From Parasitella parasitica NRRL 2501 (taxonomy: Eukaryota > Fungi > Mucoromycota), in the NCBI GenBank assembly GCA_025201805.1, contig MU619336.1, forward strand, positions 1 to 64,000: a stretch of 64,000 nucleotides of DNA, in the 5' to 3' direction. The notes beneath the pieces are model-generated. The model had not been told where the DNA came from and made no database searches. It saw nothing but the letters and a program-made list of their open reading frames with translations. Shown one piece after another: positions 61,994-64,000 of this stretch. Each line of letters begins with the position of its first letter. Within the stretch, counting starts at the first letter, position 1. The position numbers and the translations under genes were made by a program.

Positions 61994-62663
61994 TCAATTG
62001 ATGATGCCAGCACCGACAACTCGAGATTGGTCGAATTTTGCTTTTGATAATTTGAAAGTTCTCGGCATAGGATTTGCTTTCACGGTGTTGGCTATAAAAT
62101 GATTCCAAAAGTCATCAATGTTATTTTCAAATGTGTCGTTTGTGTCTGAAATGATCTGTCCAAAAAAATCAGCTCACAGGAAATCAGCACTAAAAGATTA
62201 CGAAATAATACCTCTTGTCTGCCATCTTGAACAATCTGCATTACTGTCTCTGTATTCTGTTGCTGCAGATAGCCTTCGACATTGGTGTCTTGAATGGGCT
62301 GTCGGTGCTCTTCTAAACCGCCCAAATGAATTGTGCCCAATTCCTTTATCAATATTTGTGTGTTGACTCCTCCTTGAGCCAAGAAATAGTGGCTAATAGC
62401 TCAACATTTAGTATGTTTTTGTTTTGTTTTATATGTCCGTTGTTAACGTACGCTCTGATATCAGTTTTTTCATCGCTAGCTGCTGTCTTTGCAGAGAGCT
62501 TTTGTGTTTGAGAGTTGATTTGGTTCAGTCCTCTGTCGATTGATGGCAGCTCTTGTGGGAGGATTTTACTGTTTGTAAGCTTTGATCGTTCTAAAATTTG
62601 TTTCAAAGACGCAGGTCGCTTCTCAGCAGTGTGTTTTGAAGTTTTAGTAGTAGTGCTTTTCAT
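61994..62663 (-). CDS. Short protein corresponding only to the N-terminal region of nucleoporin Nic96/Nup93, 3 exons
   Basis: 'SLKQILERSKL..ELPSIDRGLNQINSQTQKL..TDIRAHYFLAQGGVN..IQDTNVEGYLQ..DDFWN' matches the Nic96/Nup93 N-terminus; in-frame TGA at 61994-61996 after about 185 aa. Confidence 0.7.
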
Positions 62664-62831
62664 TATGTTTGCAACGGAATCTTGGTCGCGATTAAAGGGT
62701 TATAGATATATAAAAAAAAAAAAAAAACTGTGGAATCACGCACGCAGAAGACAGTACAATCTCCAAAACGTCACAATGGATGTGTAATTTGCTCTTTTTA
62801 TTCCATGATGGATATATTGACCTTGTCCATG

Positions 62832-63265
62832 TTACGGACCAATAGCACTATTATTACAGCAAATGTTAAAGTTTGATTTGAATTGTAAAGCGCTCCCCCA
62901 TGAGACATTACCATTTGACAGGATACACCTCCCACTTTTCCCAAGCCTTGGCCTTGTAATAAGGATCCTTGACGATCATCTCGTTGACTTGCTCGGCTGA
63001 TTCGGCAGACACCAGCAAAAAACTTCCCTCCATTTTGCTCGACTAGTTTGATTATATTAGCCGTCTGCTGTGCTCCTCAAAGCTGCATGACAGCAGGGTT
63101 TACCTCATGATTATCCAAAATAGCACCACCTACTAACAATTGCTTTTCTCTTGCTGCTTTTTTGGCACCTGCTAGATGCTCTTCACGAGCAGCGAGACGG
63201 CGGCTCAGTGCTTCAGGGTCTTTGTAGTCTTGAAGCATGACCAAGAACTGATGGGTTTCTGTCAT
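62832..63265 (-). CDS. YciI-domain protein, 3 exons
   Basis: 'ALSRRLAAREEHL', 'GGAILD', 'KMEGSFLLV', 'KDPYYKAKAWEKWEVYPV'. The last micro-exon (CAIGP*) is inferred. Confidence 0.88.
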
Positions 63266-63479
63266 TGTTTCAAGTGTGAAAAAAAAAAAAAGGCTCAATT
63301 CTGGCGGAAACTCACTTTTGACAGGCGTGCAAGATAGCAGACGTCTTGACTTGAACAATATATACTTGCTATTCGCATTCAACATGATACAAACACAATA
63401 AAAATGAGGGAAAAAGTAAACAAGCTCGTGTGAAAATGAATTTGCTGGATCTCTTTTTTTTAGGGGGAGGGGAATAAAA

Positions 63480-64000
63480 TTACAAAATATATCTATAGGT
63501 GCGTTCGCCAACACGCCCTTCTGTCTCTATCCGCTTATTCAGCCTGGATAAGTGGACTCTTAGAATGGCTGCGCTGATGGCAGCAAGTAGCATGGCAGCA
63601 CCATTGATCATGTTGGACCCGATGTATCTTGGTGCGTCGGACGGCCAGCCAGAATACAGTGCAAATGTACAGATTAATGCGCCAAAATTGGCCACAGACG
63701 ATACGATGCCTGTTGCAGACGCAACTGCAACCGGATCTTCCTTGGAATTGGCAGTCCATGCCATACTCTGAGCAAAAGATATACGCACACATTAGCATTT
63801 AAGGAACGCCACACGCCACACGCCACACGCCATGCTACACTACACTATCCTACACTATCCTACACTATACTGCGGACTTACCAAAGGTACAGTAGGATAG
63901 GTTCCTCCTGCAACTACCATTAAACCAAAATAGCGAGCTCCAACAGGCTTTGCAAAACTCAGGATGCAGAATCCCACAAACGACACACAGGATGCTCCGA
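63480..64000 (-). CDS. MFS permease (Dal5/Tna1 anion:cation symporter family), 3' part only
   Basis: 'RYFGLMVVAGGTYPTVP', 'GIVSSVANFGALIC', 'DAPRY..GSNMIN', 'LSRLNKR', ends 'YRYIL'; runs off the window edge. Confidence 0.85.
63807..63870. repeat. Compound tandem repeat in intron ((GCCACAC)3 followed by CTACACTATC-like units)
   Basis: Visible directly within the last MFS intron. Confidence 0.85.

Overview
Gene-dense, intron-rich fungal genomic DNA. Short GT-AG introns with CTAAY branch points, poly(A)/(T) tracts and the gene content point to a Mucorales (Mucoromycota) fungus; the species cannot be determined. The window holds about 26 spliced protein-coding genes: RRP9, ASA1, an ammonium transporter, a START protein, WASP, MRPL3, SDF2, an FGGY kinase, an MFSD1-like transporter, an F-box/LRR protein, BET2, a LARP7/Pof8-like protein, RMD1, a Gdown1-like protein, ATG27, CDC50, MIOX, casein kinase I, a multicopper oxidase, RPN13, BCKDH E2, an AsnB-like protein, NVJ2, a group X hybrid histidine kinase, a Nic96 N-terminal fragment and a YciI protein. 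The 3' end of an MFS permease lies at the window edge. There are three transposon-derived zones (about 0.4-3 kb, 30.2-31.2 kb and 48.6-50.7 kb). The most notable observation is a 5-exon gene (28002-29013) that carries both conserved blocks of Gdown1/POLR2M, a Pol II-associated repressor usually regarded as metazoan-specific; it lies two genes from a LARP7/Pof8-like gene. Other oddities are a stand-alone Nup93/Nic96 N-terminal protein, a probable tail-anchored AsnB pseudoenzyme, a 339-bp structured retro-insert with target-site duplication (TSD) and poly(A), a CAC...GTG MITE with a 4-bp TSD, and a multicopper oxidase with Lys at the T1 axial position. Exon boundaries and homologies were read by eye and from recalled family motifs; no database searches were run.
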